A stretch of DNA of 64,000 nt. Origin: Octopus vulgaris. Its lineage: Eukaryota. Made by a program: the position numbers and the translations under genes. The stretch is taken from contig OX597816.1 in assembly GCA_951406725.2 (NCBI GenBank), forward strand, positions 120,652,001 to 120,716,000, written 5' to 3'. The notes beneath the pieces were generated by a model. The model was not told the origin of the DNA, searched no databases, and saw only the letters and a program-made list of their open reading frames with translations. This document shows positions 1-11,790 of the stretch, piece by piece (within the stretch, counting starts at the first letter, position 1; the number at the start of each line of letters is the position of its first letter).

Positions 1-189
1 AGTGACATTGTCCTTCTTTCTTTTTGATTCCGATAATGTATCATTAACTAACAAGTTTGATTCTATTGCTTTTATTTTCAAGAAACAATGTATTTATAAT
101 TTAGATAAAAAAAAAATCTTCTTACTTTGTGATGGAATGCAATCAGCTGAATAGATCTCCAATACTTAGCGGGTACCTATTTTTTATTC

Positions 190-583
190 TACTCTAGGCA
201 CAAGGCCCGAAATTTCGGGGGAGGGGGCCAGTCGCTTAGATCGACCCCAGTTCGCAACTAGTACTTAATTTATCGACCCCGAAAGGATGAAATGCAAAGT
301 CGACCTCGGCGGAATTTGAACTCAGAACGTAACGGCACACGAAATACCTATTTCTTTACTACCCACAATGAGCTAAACACATAGAGGGGACAAACAAGGA
401 CAGACAAACGGATTAAGTCGATTACGTCGACCCCTGTGCGTAGCTGGTACTTATTTAATCGACCCCGAAAGGATGAAAGGCAAAGTCGACCTCGGCGGAA
501 TTTGAACTCAGAACGTAACGGCAGACGAAATATGGCTACGCATTTCGCCCGGCGTGCTAACGTTTCTGCCAGCTCGCCGCCTT
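190..583 (-). mobile_element. Dimeric tRNA-derived Nin-domain-type SINE
   Basis: Reverse complement begins aaggcggcgagctggcagaaacgttagc (A box), then gagttcaaattcc (B box) and gcctttcatcctttcggggtcgat..aagtaccag; the B box plus central domain occurs twice, each followed by a different tail. Confidence 0.85.
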
Positions 584-1679
584 GGCGGATACCTATTTTA
601 TCAACTCCAGAGTAATGACGAAAATCGAAGTTGACATCAGCAGATTTCGAACTCATAACGTAGTCAGACGATATTCAATTCATGTTTTTGCTATAAACAC
701 CATCAGCCTAAATAAATAAATAGATAAATAAATAAGCATATATGCGTTCCTCTTCAAGGATTTTTTTTCAAGCTGAAGATTTGATAACGATTCAAGGATT
801 GAGAAATAAAGGATCTTCCTTCTCAATCAAAGTCTCTTTGCTGAACCAACAAAACTTCTCACTCAGTTTGAAAGAAGTGACAGACAACTTACGTCCTGCA
901 GTATAAAAAAAGGACGCTCTGGCAAATAATTTAATCGCTATTTCAGTAAAACAAAAAGACGGTGTGGGTACGGGTAGAGCGCTTTGTTTTAATGACTAAG
1001 AGAAAGGAGAAAAGCAGACTTGATAGGTGAAAAGGATGGAGTTATCCTCAGATCGGAGAGCTCTGGCCTAAAGAATGGATTTCATTAAAGGTATCCAAGG
1101 GCCTGATGATGGAGTTAAACCGTGAAACGGACACATTCTACAATTAAGAACAGAAATAATCTCTCCCACTGGCTTCTAAACAGTTTTCGTTTACCAGATT
1201 CCATTAAGAAATCGTTGATCCGTGGCTACGATGAAAAGGAAATTAACCAATATGCTGCGTAGCGGAACCGAATACGAAACAACGAAGTTACGAAGCAAGC
1301 TTCTTAACCAAGGGATTAGTTTGAGACCAAGCCACAACAATATCAGCAAACCAATTAATCGGTCAAAAAAACAAGGCACGTGAAGTGGTAATTAATTTAT
1401 CAACCAGACCAAGTCCTCTTACGTGGGATTTAAACTCAGAGCATCGAACAAAACGGCAACTTATTTTACTCTGCCAACTCTTTTGTATGTGGATATTTGG
1501 CAAATGTAATATATTGTTAGAGATACAGGCTGATTCAGTAAAATGTCTGCTTATCCAGTTCACAAATCTTTAGTTAGGCATCAGATTGTGGTACAGCTAG
1601 TTCATCGCTTGTAAGTATTATTATTGGGGAACTTCATAGCTAACGAGTTCGTCGTTAGCTTTCGCTGTTGATAGGATCT

Positions 1680-1920
1680 CTATGAGACTGGAAGAAACAG
1701 ATGCATATTGCGCGACTTGAAGAATGGGGAGCACAATGTAGGGCTGGTAGAAGGAAAGCATATTATTGTATTGGGAGATGTAGAGACAAATTTAGAGCTG
1801 AGAGAAAAGGGCACACTTTGTAGGACCGGGTGAAGGGACGCATATTCAAGGACTATGAGGAAGGGAAATACATTGTAAGGCTCGGTGAAGGAGAGAAGAT
1901 TGGGGATGGCTGGAGATTTA
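1680..1920 (+). repeat. Degenerate ~27-bp purine-rich minisatellite, array 1
   Basis: Units such as gcacaatgtagggctggtagaaggaaa and atacattgtaaggctcggtgaaggaga. Confidence 0.6.
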
Positions 1921-2539
1921 TCAGGCTGACTGCATACTAATAAACTTTTTGGTAGTTTCCTCATGGACTTTGAGACTCCATATTATCTGATACAGCGTGA
2001 AAATTATTACTCGGTCTCTTATTGATTATTTTGTTTAAAGCATTCTAACTATTGAATTATATTTTTCGATCTTATTTATTTATTGCTGATATTGTAATTT
2101 TAATGCAGGGAAACTCGTGTGTTATTTTATATTTCCTTGGTTGGAAAAGAATTTACTCGTGTAGAACGTGAGTGGCTCTGTGAGATGAGACTTTGAGACC
2201 TTTATTGAGACATTTAATAATGCTCACGCACAAATATTTGTTTAATGAATACTTAATGCTTCACAGGATATTCGACATCTCTATCAATTAGAATTTCCTA
2301 ACAAAGTGAACCTGATGATTATATTTTGTAAATGGAATTTTAAAAAGATGCAGTGGTGAAGAAGACGAGAAGGTCGTGTTGTGTTATGAGCTGTTAAATT
2401 ATTTGACGTGAACCATTACTAATGTTGCCAAATCGAAAATTTATTCGATGATATGTATAATAATAAACTTTTAGATGTCTTTTATGCAAGTTAATTATAA
2501 TTTTTCAACGGCACTTTTCAGCTGAATTGAAGAGAGTGA

Positions 2540-2832
2540 TGACTGGAGGAATTTGTAGAAAAGATTGTTAAAAGAGCACGAATTGTAAGGCTGGGAGAAA
2601 GGAGAGAATGTTGTTGTGTTGGGAAAGTGGGGCATACATTTGAGAGCTATTATAAGACCCGGTGAAGAAGCGCACACAGGCGCACAGGAAGAATGGTTAC
2701 ACATTGTAAGATTGAGAGAAGGGGTGCAGATCGTAACGCTGAGAGAAATGGTGTTCTTCGTAGGACTGGAGGAAAGGAGTACTCTTCGTTGGGTTTGGAG
2801 AAGAGACGCACATTACAGAACTGGTAGAAATG
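2540..2832 (+). repeat. Degenerate ~27-bp purine-rich minisatellite, array 2 (same family as array 1)
   Basis: Units such as acacattgtaagattgagagaaggggt and gttcttcgtaggactggaggaaaggag. Confidence 0.6.
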
Positions 2833-3429
2833 TATAATGTGAAGTTTCGAGAACTTTCTAATGTGAAGTTTCACAATTTAGGGGTGATCTAGGACGCTGA
2901 ATATTCTGTCCAGAGATAACATTTCAAAATCTCATTCCTGTTTCAGATGAAATGAAATATATTCAGTTCAAATTTACTATCCCTGAAATATTAAGAAACG
3001 CAGCTGATTTGAACTCATGACCAACAGTTCCCAATTCCAACAACTTGTTCAGTTGACCGCTTCATCTCTACAATTTATTGATTAATATTTTTTTTCTTAT
3101 TATTAATTTCTTTTACCAAAATCCAATAGCTCTGGTCTTAATGAAAAAGAAATAAATGTGGCACTTTGAATTTCTCTGATCGGTAACTGAGTAAGTGATA
3201 TAAATTGTTGGCAACTGGGAATCGAAATTATTTTGCAAACACTTGTCAGAAACTTATATTTTTAGGCATAAAATCTTGTATTTATTTTACTCTTCAAAAC
3301 AGCTGTAGGTGTCAGAAACCAATTTCCTTTCAATATTTAGTTAAATCCATTGCCTGTTGGTATTGACATTGCTTTTCGACCTCTTATTGTTGATAGAATA
3401 AATAATAGTCCAGTATTGGGATAAACAAA

Positions 3430-4072
3430 ATGGATCTCCGTTGATTTCGGCGATCAGTAGTCAGTTGTTCAATCAACTGAACTAACTGCTCATGGAATTT
3501 TTGAATAAGTGGCTGCGTATTCCACTGACACCTGATGTAATTCTCAAGAGGAATCAGTAGGAACCACTGTGAAAGTATGGACCTTTAAAATCCAGGTACA
3601 ATCCATCCATGAGCTTTCGCCTATTTTCCGTCTACTCAAGTTCATTCACAAGGCTTGGGTTGACCCGAAACTATACCAAAAGACAGATGCTTATGATTCT
3701 ACGCAAAGATATGAACCCTTGGGATGTAACATGACTGAATTAGAAGTTTGATTTTTCAATTGCTATCATTAAAGAGCTATGAATTTTCACTGTAAATATT
3801 TTAGGCATGTCTTTTACCATAATTTCGGATCAATCCAAGCTTCATGAGTGAAACTAGATTGACAGAAACTGAGTGGACGCCCATCAGATGGGCTGTACCT
3901 GTAATTTAAAGACCCACCCTTCTCCCTGTGTGTCGCACAGATCCTTCTTGAAAATTATGTTAAAAGTAAACATGACTGCGAAAGGATGAACCACATACAG
4001 GCTACGTCAGTAGGGATAGATGGAATTCAATTGAACTACTGAATATTCATCGTCGAAATCAACGTAGATGCA
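3430..4072. mobile_element. Head-to-head inverted pair of old SINE copies (CORE-like head joined to an alternative tail)
   Basis: 3432-3454 ggatctccgttgatttcggcgat matches the reverse complement of 4049-4071 with 3 mismatches; 3580-3680 aligns to the reverse complement of 3812-3915. Confidence 0.65.
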
Positions 4073-4257
4073 TTTAGTATGGGAGATGTAATCAACTGTG
4101 GCCTTATGCCAAAGAAAAAAGCGTTATTTATCTATTTATTTATTTATTTATTTATTGTTAAATTCAACATGTTGCTCTCTACTTTTTCTTCCTACTTGTT
4201 TCTCAAATCTGTATTCTACAATTTTAGAAATGTCTGCAAATCAAGCTAGCATGTAAA

Positions 4258-4277
4258 CTTTTTCTTTTATATTTCAG
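4258..4277 (+). promoter_or_regulatory. Probable splice acceptor for the GPCR coding exon (5' UTR intron)
   Basis: Polypyrimidine tract ttttttcttttatatttcAG with AG at 4276-4277, about 210 nt upstream of the ATG. Confidence 0.55.
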
Positions 4278-4490
4278 AAACTTTCAAGAGAAAAGTCAAA
4301 AAAGAAAAGGACAGATATTGAATGTTTCCAACATTTTTGATTCACTGTTGCTTTCCAATAAAGAGGAAATACATTGTTCAGGAAGAAGAGTTAGCTACGA
4401 AATAAAGCTCATTCAGAAGTATGAATGGAAGAAACTTCTAATTGATGCACTGCAGTAAATAACATTTAACACATCAAGTCGATAAACAAG

Positions 4491-5483
4491 ATGAAAGAAC
4501 ATTCAAATTTATCTTCAAATTTTACACTGGTTGATAAACCCAATTTATTCATGCATATTGCCGATACTTTACATATTTACGCGTTACCTGTTTTGATTGC
4601 TCTTGGAATACCGGGAAATTTACTGTCTTTTATTGTATTCACGTGCAGCACAGTAATGAATAAACTTCCATCAAGTACATACATGGCAGCACTCGCTTTA
4701 TCGGACTCGGGTTTTCTTTCAATTCTCTTGTGCATCTGGCTTCAGAAAATGAACATACATGAATACGTTACACAATTGTGGTGTCAGTTTATTGTATTTG
4801 GTGCGTATATATTTGGCTTTTTGTCCGTGTGGTTTACTGTTCTATTCACAATAGAACGATACAAAGTCGTCTGCTATCCTTTGAAAGCAACTCAAATATG
4901 TACAAAGCGCAGAGCTCGTCTATCAACTCTCATAATATGTGTCTTTCCGGTGTTTCTTTATATGCCCAGCTTTTGGACGACTATTGATTATCACGGGCAC
5001 TGTTCGTATCGCGAAGAACTGTTTGTTCTTCTTACTGTGATAACGTATATGGATACTGCACTTACATTTATTTTGCCTTTTCTGGCTCTTCTTTTCATGA
5101 ACCTTCGAATAATTTGGGCTATCCGTGCTGTGAAAAAGCGTATGAACTGGTTACAAGAATCACAGCCGCATGAGAAAACACAAAGTTTGTTATCAAAGAC
5201 ACAAATGAAATTGACCAAATCACTGGTAATTGTTTCAAGCGTTTTTCTAATGATGGTTCTGCCTAGTCACATAACAAGGTTTTACTCTTTAATATTCACG
5301 AATTTCTTATCTTATGACATAATATCATTGCAGACAGCACAACATTTCTTACAAATTCCGTATTATTTAACATTTGGAATCAACTTAATTTTATATACCG
5401 GAACAAGTTACATGTTTCGTCGAGGTTTCCTGGAAATTTACCGAAATATTAAAGAGAAGATTCAATGTATAATACCAACATGA
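4491..5483 (+). CDS. Intronless class A (rhodopsin-like) GPCR, 330 aa, FMRFamide/CNMamide/TRH-receptor-like peptide receptor group; orphan
   Basis: Seven hydrophobic segments; GN in TM1 (GIPGNLLS), LALSD in TM2, TM3 Cys (WCQ) and ECL2 Cys (GHC), ERY..VCYPLK, TM5 LP, TM6 LP, TM7 NLILY, helix 8 FRRGF; N-glycosylation sequons NLS and NFT at the N-terminus; uninterrupted ORF. Confidence 0.95.
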   Translation: MKEHSNLSSNFTLVDKPNLFMHIADTLHIYALPVLIALGIPGNLLSFIVFTCSTVMNKLPSSTYMAALALSDSGFLSILLCIWLQKMNIHEYVTQLWCQFIVFGAYIFGFLSVWFTVLFTIERYKVVCYPLKATQICTKRRARLSTLIICVFPVFLYMPSFWTTIDYHGHCSYREELFVLLTVITYMDTALTFILPFLALLFMNLRIIWAIRAVKKRMNWLQESQPHEKTQSLLSKTQMKLTKSLVIVSSVFLMMVLPSHITRFYSLIFTNFLSYDIISLQTAQHFLQIPYYLTFGINLILYTGTSYMFRRGFLEIYRNIKEKIQCIIPT

Positions 5484-5775
5484 TATAATACTACAAACTT
5501 CGAATTTCCTTATTTTTTTCCTTGCATTCTATAAACGTTTTATTTCCAATCATAAATAACAGAATGATACTTACTTTTATATGGATCTCTTTTACAATTA
5601 TTGGTGTTATGATTAAACTTTAAAAAAAATGTTAACCACCATTTTCAGCAACATATCGTAGTAAAAACAAAGGCTTCAGTTACACAATTATCCCAAAATT
5701 AATAATTATCCATGCAGTATGTATGTTAATACATGCATGCACGCATACATACAGAACAGTATTGTGTATGTTACT

Positions 5776-5876
5776 GTGTACATATATATATATATATATA
5801 TTTAATTAATTAATCTAAGTGTATACTGTGTGTATATATGTCTGTATGCATGTGTGTGTATATTATACAAATATAA

Positions 5877-5925
<49 letters not shown>

Positions 5926-5934
5926 CATACATAT

Positions 5935-5968
<34 letters not shown>

Positions 5969-5973
5969 ATGTA

Positions 5974-6023
<50 letters not shown>
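5776..6023. repeat. Compound (TA)n/(TG)n microsatellite
   Basis: Seen directly. Confidence 0.95.
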
Positions 6024-6026
<3 letters not shown>

Positions 6027-6369
6027 ATGTATTGCACCTAAGTTTCTCTAGGTAAGACAGATTTCTTAGCCATTCGAGTATACAAGTATACATGAAACAA
6101 AGCGAGCTAATAATCAAGCTTTTTCATTTGAAAGAGTAAAGAGCAATATGTGTGTCAATCATATAAAAAATATTCATCAAACGTCTTTCTTTTGGTGATT
6201 GGAAGAGAGATGTGTCTCTAGAAATATCAGATTCTTCATTTCATTTAACTGAGAAGAAACATTTTTGTGATAGTTGCAGTAAAAGTTACAGGTCATCAAC
6301 CAGACTAAAACGTCTCATTCGCTGTGTAGTTCATTAACAAACAATGGTCTAACATCATGCCGGCTTTCA

Positions 6370-6409
6370 TCTCTCTCTCGCTTTCTTTCTCTCTCTCTCT
6401 CTTTTCTCT

Positions 6410-6448
<39 letters not shown>

Positions 6449-6454
6449 GACACA

Positions 6455-6510
<56 letters not shown>
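6370..6510. repeat. (CT)n-(CA)n compound microsatellite, followed by a SINE tail fragment to ~6660
   Basis: Seen directly; downstream accgatagaataagtacc and gctccagcatggc match the tail of the SINE at 30292. Confidence 0.9.
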
Positions 6511-6513
<3 letters not shown>

Positions 6514-6666
6514 CATAGTTCGACAAAAAGACACCGATAGAATAAGTACCAGACTTGCATAGGTACGGGTGTCAATGTAGTCGACTAAACTCTTGAAGGT
6601 TGTGCTCCAGCATGGCTGAAGTCCAATGACTGGAATAGAAAGACAAGCAACAGAGTATAAGTACGC

Positions 6667-6710
<44 letters not shown>

Positions 6711-6719
<9 letters not shown>

Positions 6720-6941
6720 GAAATGAGGTACTCAGAAATCTGGATGGTTTTATATTTACAGATAATTATTAGTATGTTACATGTTTTTATAAATCATATA
6801 TCATATATTTGACAACTCCTCTAGAGTAGACGAAAGCGCTAATATATGATATATGATTTATAAAAACATGTAACATACTAATAAATATCTGTAAATATAA
6901 AACCATCCAGATTTCTGAGTACCTCATTTTCTTCTAATATA
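6711..6941. repeat. Foldback, ~100-bp arms and 31-nt spacer, between (TA)n tracts
   Basis: 6711-6809 is the near-perfect reverse complement of 6841-6941. Confidence 0.9.
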
Positions 6942-6967
6942 TAATACCTGTACATCATCTCCAAACC

Positions 6968-7021
<54 letters not shown>

Positions 7022-7175
7022 GGGTGGCTAATTCGCTATTGTACAGCCTAAAGGCAGAAATGTATACGTCACTAAAGTGACAAAGGGCACTAATTAGCAA
7101 TACTGGTGCTAATTAATGTCCTTTAGTGACGTATATACATAAACGCATTCATACATACATACATACATACATACA

Positions 7176-7285
<110 letters not shown>

Positions 7286-7751
7286 CGTGTGTGTGTGTGT
7301 TTGCATATATATAGTGAAACGTGTGTGTGTGTTTACATGCATAATGAAACGTGTGTATGTGTATTTACTGTTTTAAATAGAAAAGTCGGTATATTTGCAT
7401 ACATGGCAATACTAGCATTCAGAACTTGGATGATTTGATGTCCAGAAATATTTCATCCATGTTATTTTCTTTATAACCGTCCATTTAGAGAATAGTCAGC
7501 TACTATACAGAACATAGATGAGCGAGTAAATATGATCATGGAATGATTGCCCAAGTTTCTGCAGTTGACATCTTATTCTCTTCGTCGCAGCAGTGTAGTA
7601 TTGTGTAGTATAGTGTCAATAGCTTCTGAATTTATCACTTGTGATGCCATAGCAACTCTTGACAGTAAGTTCTGTAGATAGACACATATCATGATCATAA
7701 GCTGCACGAACCTAAAGGTTTTTTCACATGTTTTATCTAATATCATTTTGT

Positions 7752-7995
7752 CTTTTACTTTTATCTGGTTTCAATGGATTGCCACCATGCTGGGTCACCG
7801 CTTTGAAGGGTTTTAGTCGAGCTAATTGACCATAGCATAATTTTCTTTTTCCCTAAACTTTAACACTTCTTCTATCTGTCTACTTTGCCGAACCCTAAGT
7901 TATTGGGGTAAGCAAACCAACAGCGGTCATCAAGCAATGTGTGGTAACAAGCACAGACACAGACAAACATGCCAAGATTTGTGTGCATATATATA

Positions 7996-8046
<51 letters not shown>

Positions 8047-8212
8047 ACGAGAACTTACATACAGTTTCCTCACTCAAATTCACTCAGAAGGATTAGTATG
8101 TGGAAAGAATGTCTAGTAGAAGGCATTTGCGTAAGGTCCGCTAAGTGGGACTGAACCCGAAACAACGTGGTTGCAAAGTGAACCTCTGAATCACACTGCC
8201 ATGTCCATTCCT
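7752..8212 (-). mobile_element. CORE-like SINE with internal (TG)n microsatellite
   Basis: Matches the reverse complement of the 30292-30710 copy (gtgggactgaacccgaaac, ccatgctgg, tttgccgaacc). Confidence 0.8.
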
Positions 8213-8237
8213 ATATGAACAATTCAAAGCATAATAT

Positions 8238-8448
8238 TGGTTTCAAATTTTGGCACAAGGTCAGCAATTTCGAGAGAGGTGGCAAGTTGACTACATCGAA
8301 GTAAACGCTCGAAAGATACTTACTTTATCGAACTCGAAAGAATGAAAGGCAAACTCAATCTCGATGGAATTTGAATGCAAAACTTGAAGACTGATGAAAT
8401 GCCGCTAAGCATTTTGCTCGTCATGTTAACGATTCTGTCAACTTCACT
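8238..8448 (-). mobile_element. Degenerate Nin-domain-type SINE
   Basis: ggcacaagg...cgaaagaatgaaaggcaaa...ggaatttgaa...gccgctaagcattttg. Confidence 0.75.
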
Positions 8449-9918
8449 ACAAACATTACTTCTAGTTTGAAAGAGTTGCAGAAACACTTGGGTTTCAGAC
8501 TAAATGCATTGTGGTATTTAGTTACGTCCCTTTACGGTCTGAGTTTATATCGACTTGTTTTTCATTACTGCAAGGTGAATTAAGTACTAGAGTCATATTG
8601 CCGTTGCTAACAATTCTGCTTTATTTCAAAATATTATATTAGATGTATATACAACTCGATGGTGAATTTTTTTCCAGTATTCACTTCTCTGCTATTATAT
8701 ATATTAAAATCGCTGAATATTCTAACGATTAATAGTTTGCAGATTTGAATTCTTTTGAAAAGGGTTTTTGCTCCAGAGATGTAGTTCGGTACTTTATGAT
8801 ATTTAGCTTTTACTATGTCCATCACCAGAGTATTGATTTCTTTCATGGGCATAACATCAATATTTACTAGCAATAGATTATAGTGACGATAGAATCAAGC
8901 TCTATATATCATTGATCCCGTGTCAGTCGAAAATAAATGTAAAGCTAACCGCTGCGGGATTCGAACTAAAAAAGTCTCTTAGAAGAACAAAAATAAATAC
9001 ATACACTAATGTAGCTACATCCGGCGCTCTGTGATAGTTCTGCAGCGACAACCTATCAGCTAAATGCTTAAGAGGTTGGTACCGTGTTGTACATGACTAA
9101 GAGAATTAATATTTAATGCTAGCAGAATCCATCTAGCTACTACAGTATATTTTAGCAGTCCTTTGTAAGCGGCGGTGGTGTTGTAGAGCAATTGCAACAT
9201 TTGGTATTTTGTTAGTGTAAATGCAGTGTTATAGATTCCCGCCGTAAACTAGCTTTAAACAGTTATAAACATCTGCTTTAATCCGAATTCAGTTATAAAT
9301 AATCAATTTTAATTAGTTTTCAGATATGTGTAAATGTAAGCTAGCTTCAAAGACGTGTATCTTGTATGCTTTAACGTGACTGTTAACAGTTATATTTGCA
9401 GCCGAACTTCAAACAGTTATAACTGTTCACTGTACGATACCTTGAAGTAAGTATAGTTGTCCGCTGTAAGTTGGATTCAGTTATCAATAGCTCCTTTAAA
9501 ATAGTTTCAAACAATTATAACTGTCCCTTGAAAGCTAACTTCAAATCTGTCCACTGTAAACTCGTTTCTATACATACTACATTCACAAAATACAATATAC
9601 TGGAGGATGTCACCAAGGTGGGGGGGCCAGCATTCTGTTCCCAATACATTCATCACTTTGATAGCATTACAACTACTTGACCTGAGGTGGCTAAGAGACC
9701 TGAACACTTAACAGCCATTTTGAATTTTTAATCTCTATTCTGAATTTTCTGATGTGGTAGACGTGTCTTACGCCCATGAAATTTTTAAGTAAAGTGAAGC
9801 TGAGTCAAACTCCACGATAAATTACTTGAAGATTCGAGAGCGATGGCTGTTATCAAATGCATGTTATTCCAGCCAAATGAGCTGAGATCTCTTTTCGTTT
9901 GTTCACTCACTCACTTGT

Positions 9919-9919
9919 G

Positions 9920-9951
<32 letters not shown>

Positions 9952-10180
9952 TGTATGTATGTATGTATGTATGTATGTATGTATGTATGTATGTATGTAT
10001 GTATGTATGTATGTATGTATGTATGCATGCATGCATGCATGCATGCATGTATGTATGCATGCATGCATGCATGTATGTATGTATGCATGCATGCATGCCT
10101 GTATGTATGTATTTATGTATGTATGTATGTATGTATGCATGTATGTATGTATGTATGTATGTACGTATGCATGTGTGTGT
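9919..10180. repeat. (TATG)n/(CATG)n tetranucleotide microsatellite
   Basis: Seen directly. Confidence 0.95.
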
Positions 10181-10762
10181 TTGGTTAAACAAACGAGCAA
10201 TAGTATTCAATATATGAGTTTATATACCCTTCAATCACTTTTGTAACTTTCTGCCAATTAAAAAATATACGTGTGTGTATGTGTCTCTGTTTTTGTATGT
10301 CATAATAGTTGAATGTTCTGTGTGCCTTACAAGAATAGTTCGACTGCCAGCATTTATACAAACCACAATTGAATAATTACGAATTTTAATTACATGAAAC
10401 CATTGGTATCGTCCTGACAGAATTCAAATATTAATACAAATTATTCACCCTCAAATGTTGTATGGTAACCTAAACTAATAGATATGCGGTGTAGGTGCTC
10501 CAATCGATAAGCGACTTGGATCCAAGTTCACAACAGTGGCTGGAGCTGTAGCTGTAGCTGTAGAAGCCACTTCCCGTTAGGAAGAGAACCGGTTATTTGC
10601 AGCCTAACTTCGAGCCCGTAGGCGTAATTTAAAGAAGAGGAAAACAAAATCAAGGCAGGATTTAAATTAGTTTAATGCTTATTTCGCTTCAGCATTAACC
10701 TAATTTAAATGAACTGATACGCTTATCTTGCCATGATTTTGCTTTCCTTTTCTTTAAATTAC

Positions 10763-10818
<56 letters not shown>

Positions 10819-10862
10819 GTGTGTGTATATATGTATGTATGACAGGATACATACATACATAT

Positions 10863-10920
<58 letters not shown>

Positions 10921-11475
10921 CGGGATATTTTCAGTTTCCATATACCAAATCCACTCACGTGTCTTTAGAAGGACCGGGGCTATAGTAGAAGACACAAGCC
11001 CAATGTGTCACGCAGTGAGGCTGAACTCGAACCATGTAGTTGGGACGCAAGCTTCTTTCCACACGACTAATAAGCCAACTAATGTTATAACATTATCTGA
11101 ATAATCACGTGTGTGTATGTGCGTATGCATGCGTGTGTCTATGTGTGTATATGTCTGCTTATGTGTGTTTGCACACGCATGACAATGGTACATTGTAGGT
11201 GAGTATATTCGACGGGCTTCTACACAGTTTCCGTCTACTTAAATTCATTCATGAGGCTTGGGTCGATCCGATGCCATGTTAAAGGCTTTTGTCAAAGACA
11301 TTGCACATATCTCAGGGACTCTTTGTCGCGAAGCAAATTTCTTAACCACTCCTGCGTCATAGAGATAGACAGACAGACAGACATCCACCTGCCCAACACA
11401 AACGCACGCACTCACAAATAAATGCATATCGCATAACTGGATTATCTGATTCATTATTACCATGTGTATATGCAT

Positions 11476-11513
<38 letters not shown>

Positions 11514-11629
11514 TCATGCAAATGAGCGAACATAGAAAGAAACTGCTACTCCATCGTTTACGACGACGAAGGTTCCATTTGATCCGATCAACGGAGCAGC
11601 CTACCCGTGAATTTAACATATATACACAC

Positions 11630-11790
11630 ATCCATCCATACATACATACATACATACATACACACATACATACATACATACATACATACATACATACATA
11701 CATACATACATACATACATACATACATACATACATACATACATACATACATACATACATACATACATACATACATACATGCATGCATGGA
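11630..11790. repeat. (CATA)n microsatellite
   Basis: Seen directly. Confidence 0.95.

Noticed and set aside
348-656. 102-aa ORF and similar SINE-spanning ORFs (e.g. 28384-28974, 31298-31849, 45140-45496)
   Set aside because: Chance open frames through SINE copies
780-1620. Coding-like composition with short open stretches, and CTGATGA..GAAAC at 1103-1128
   Set aside because: No recognisable protein motif; the hammerhead-like match lacks stem I and stem III pairing
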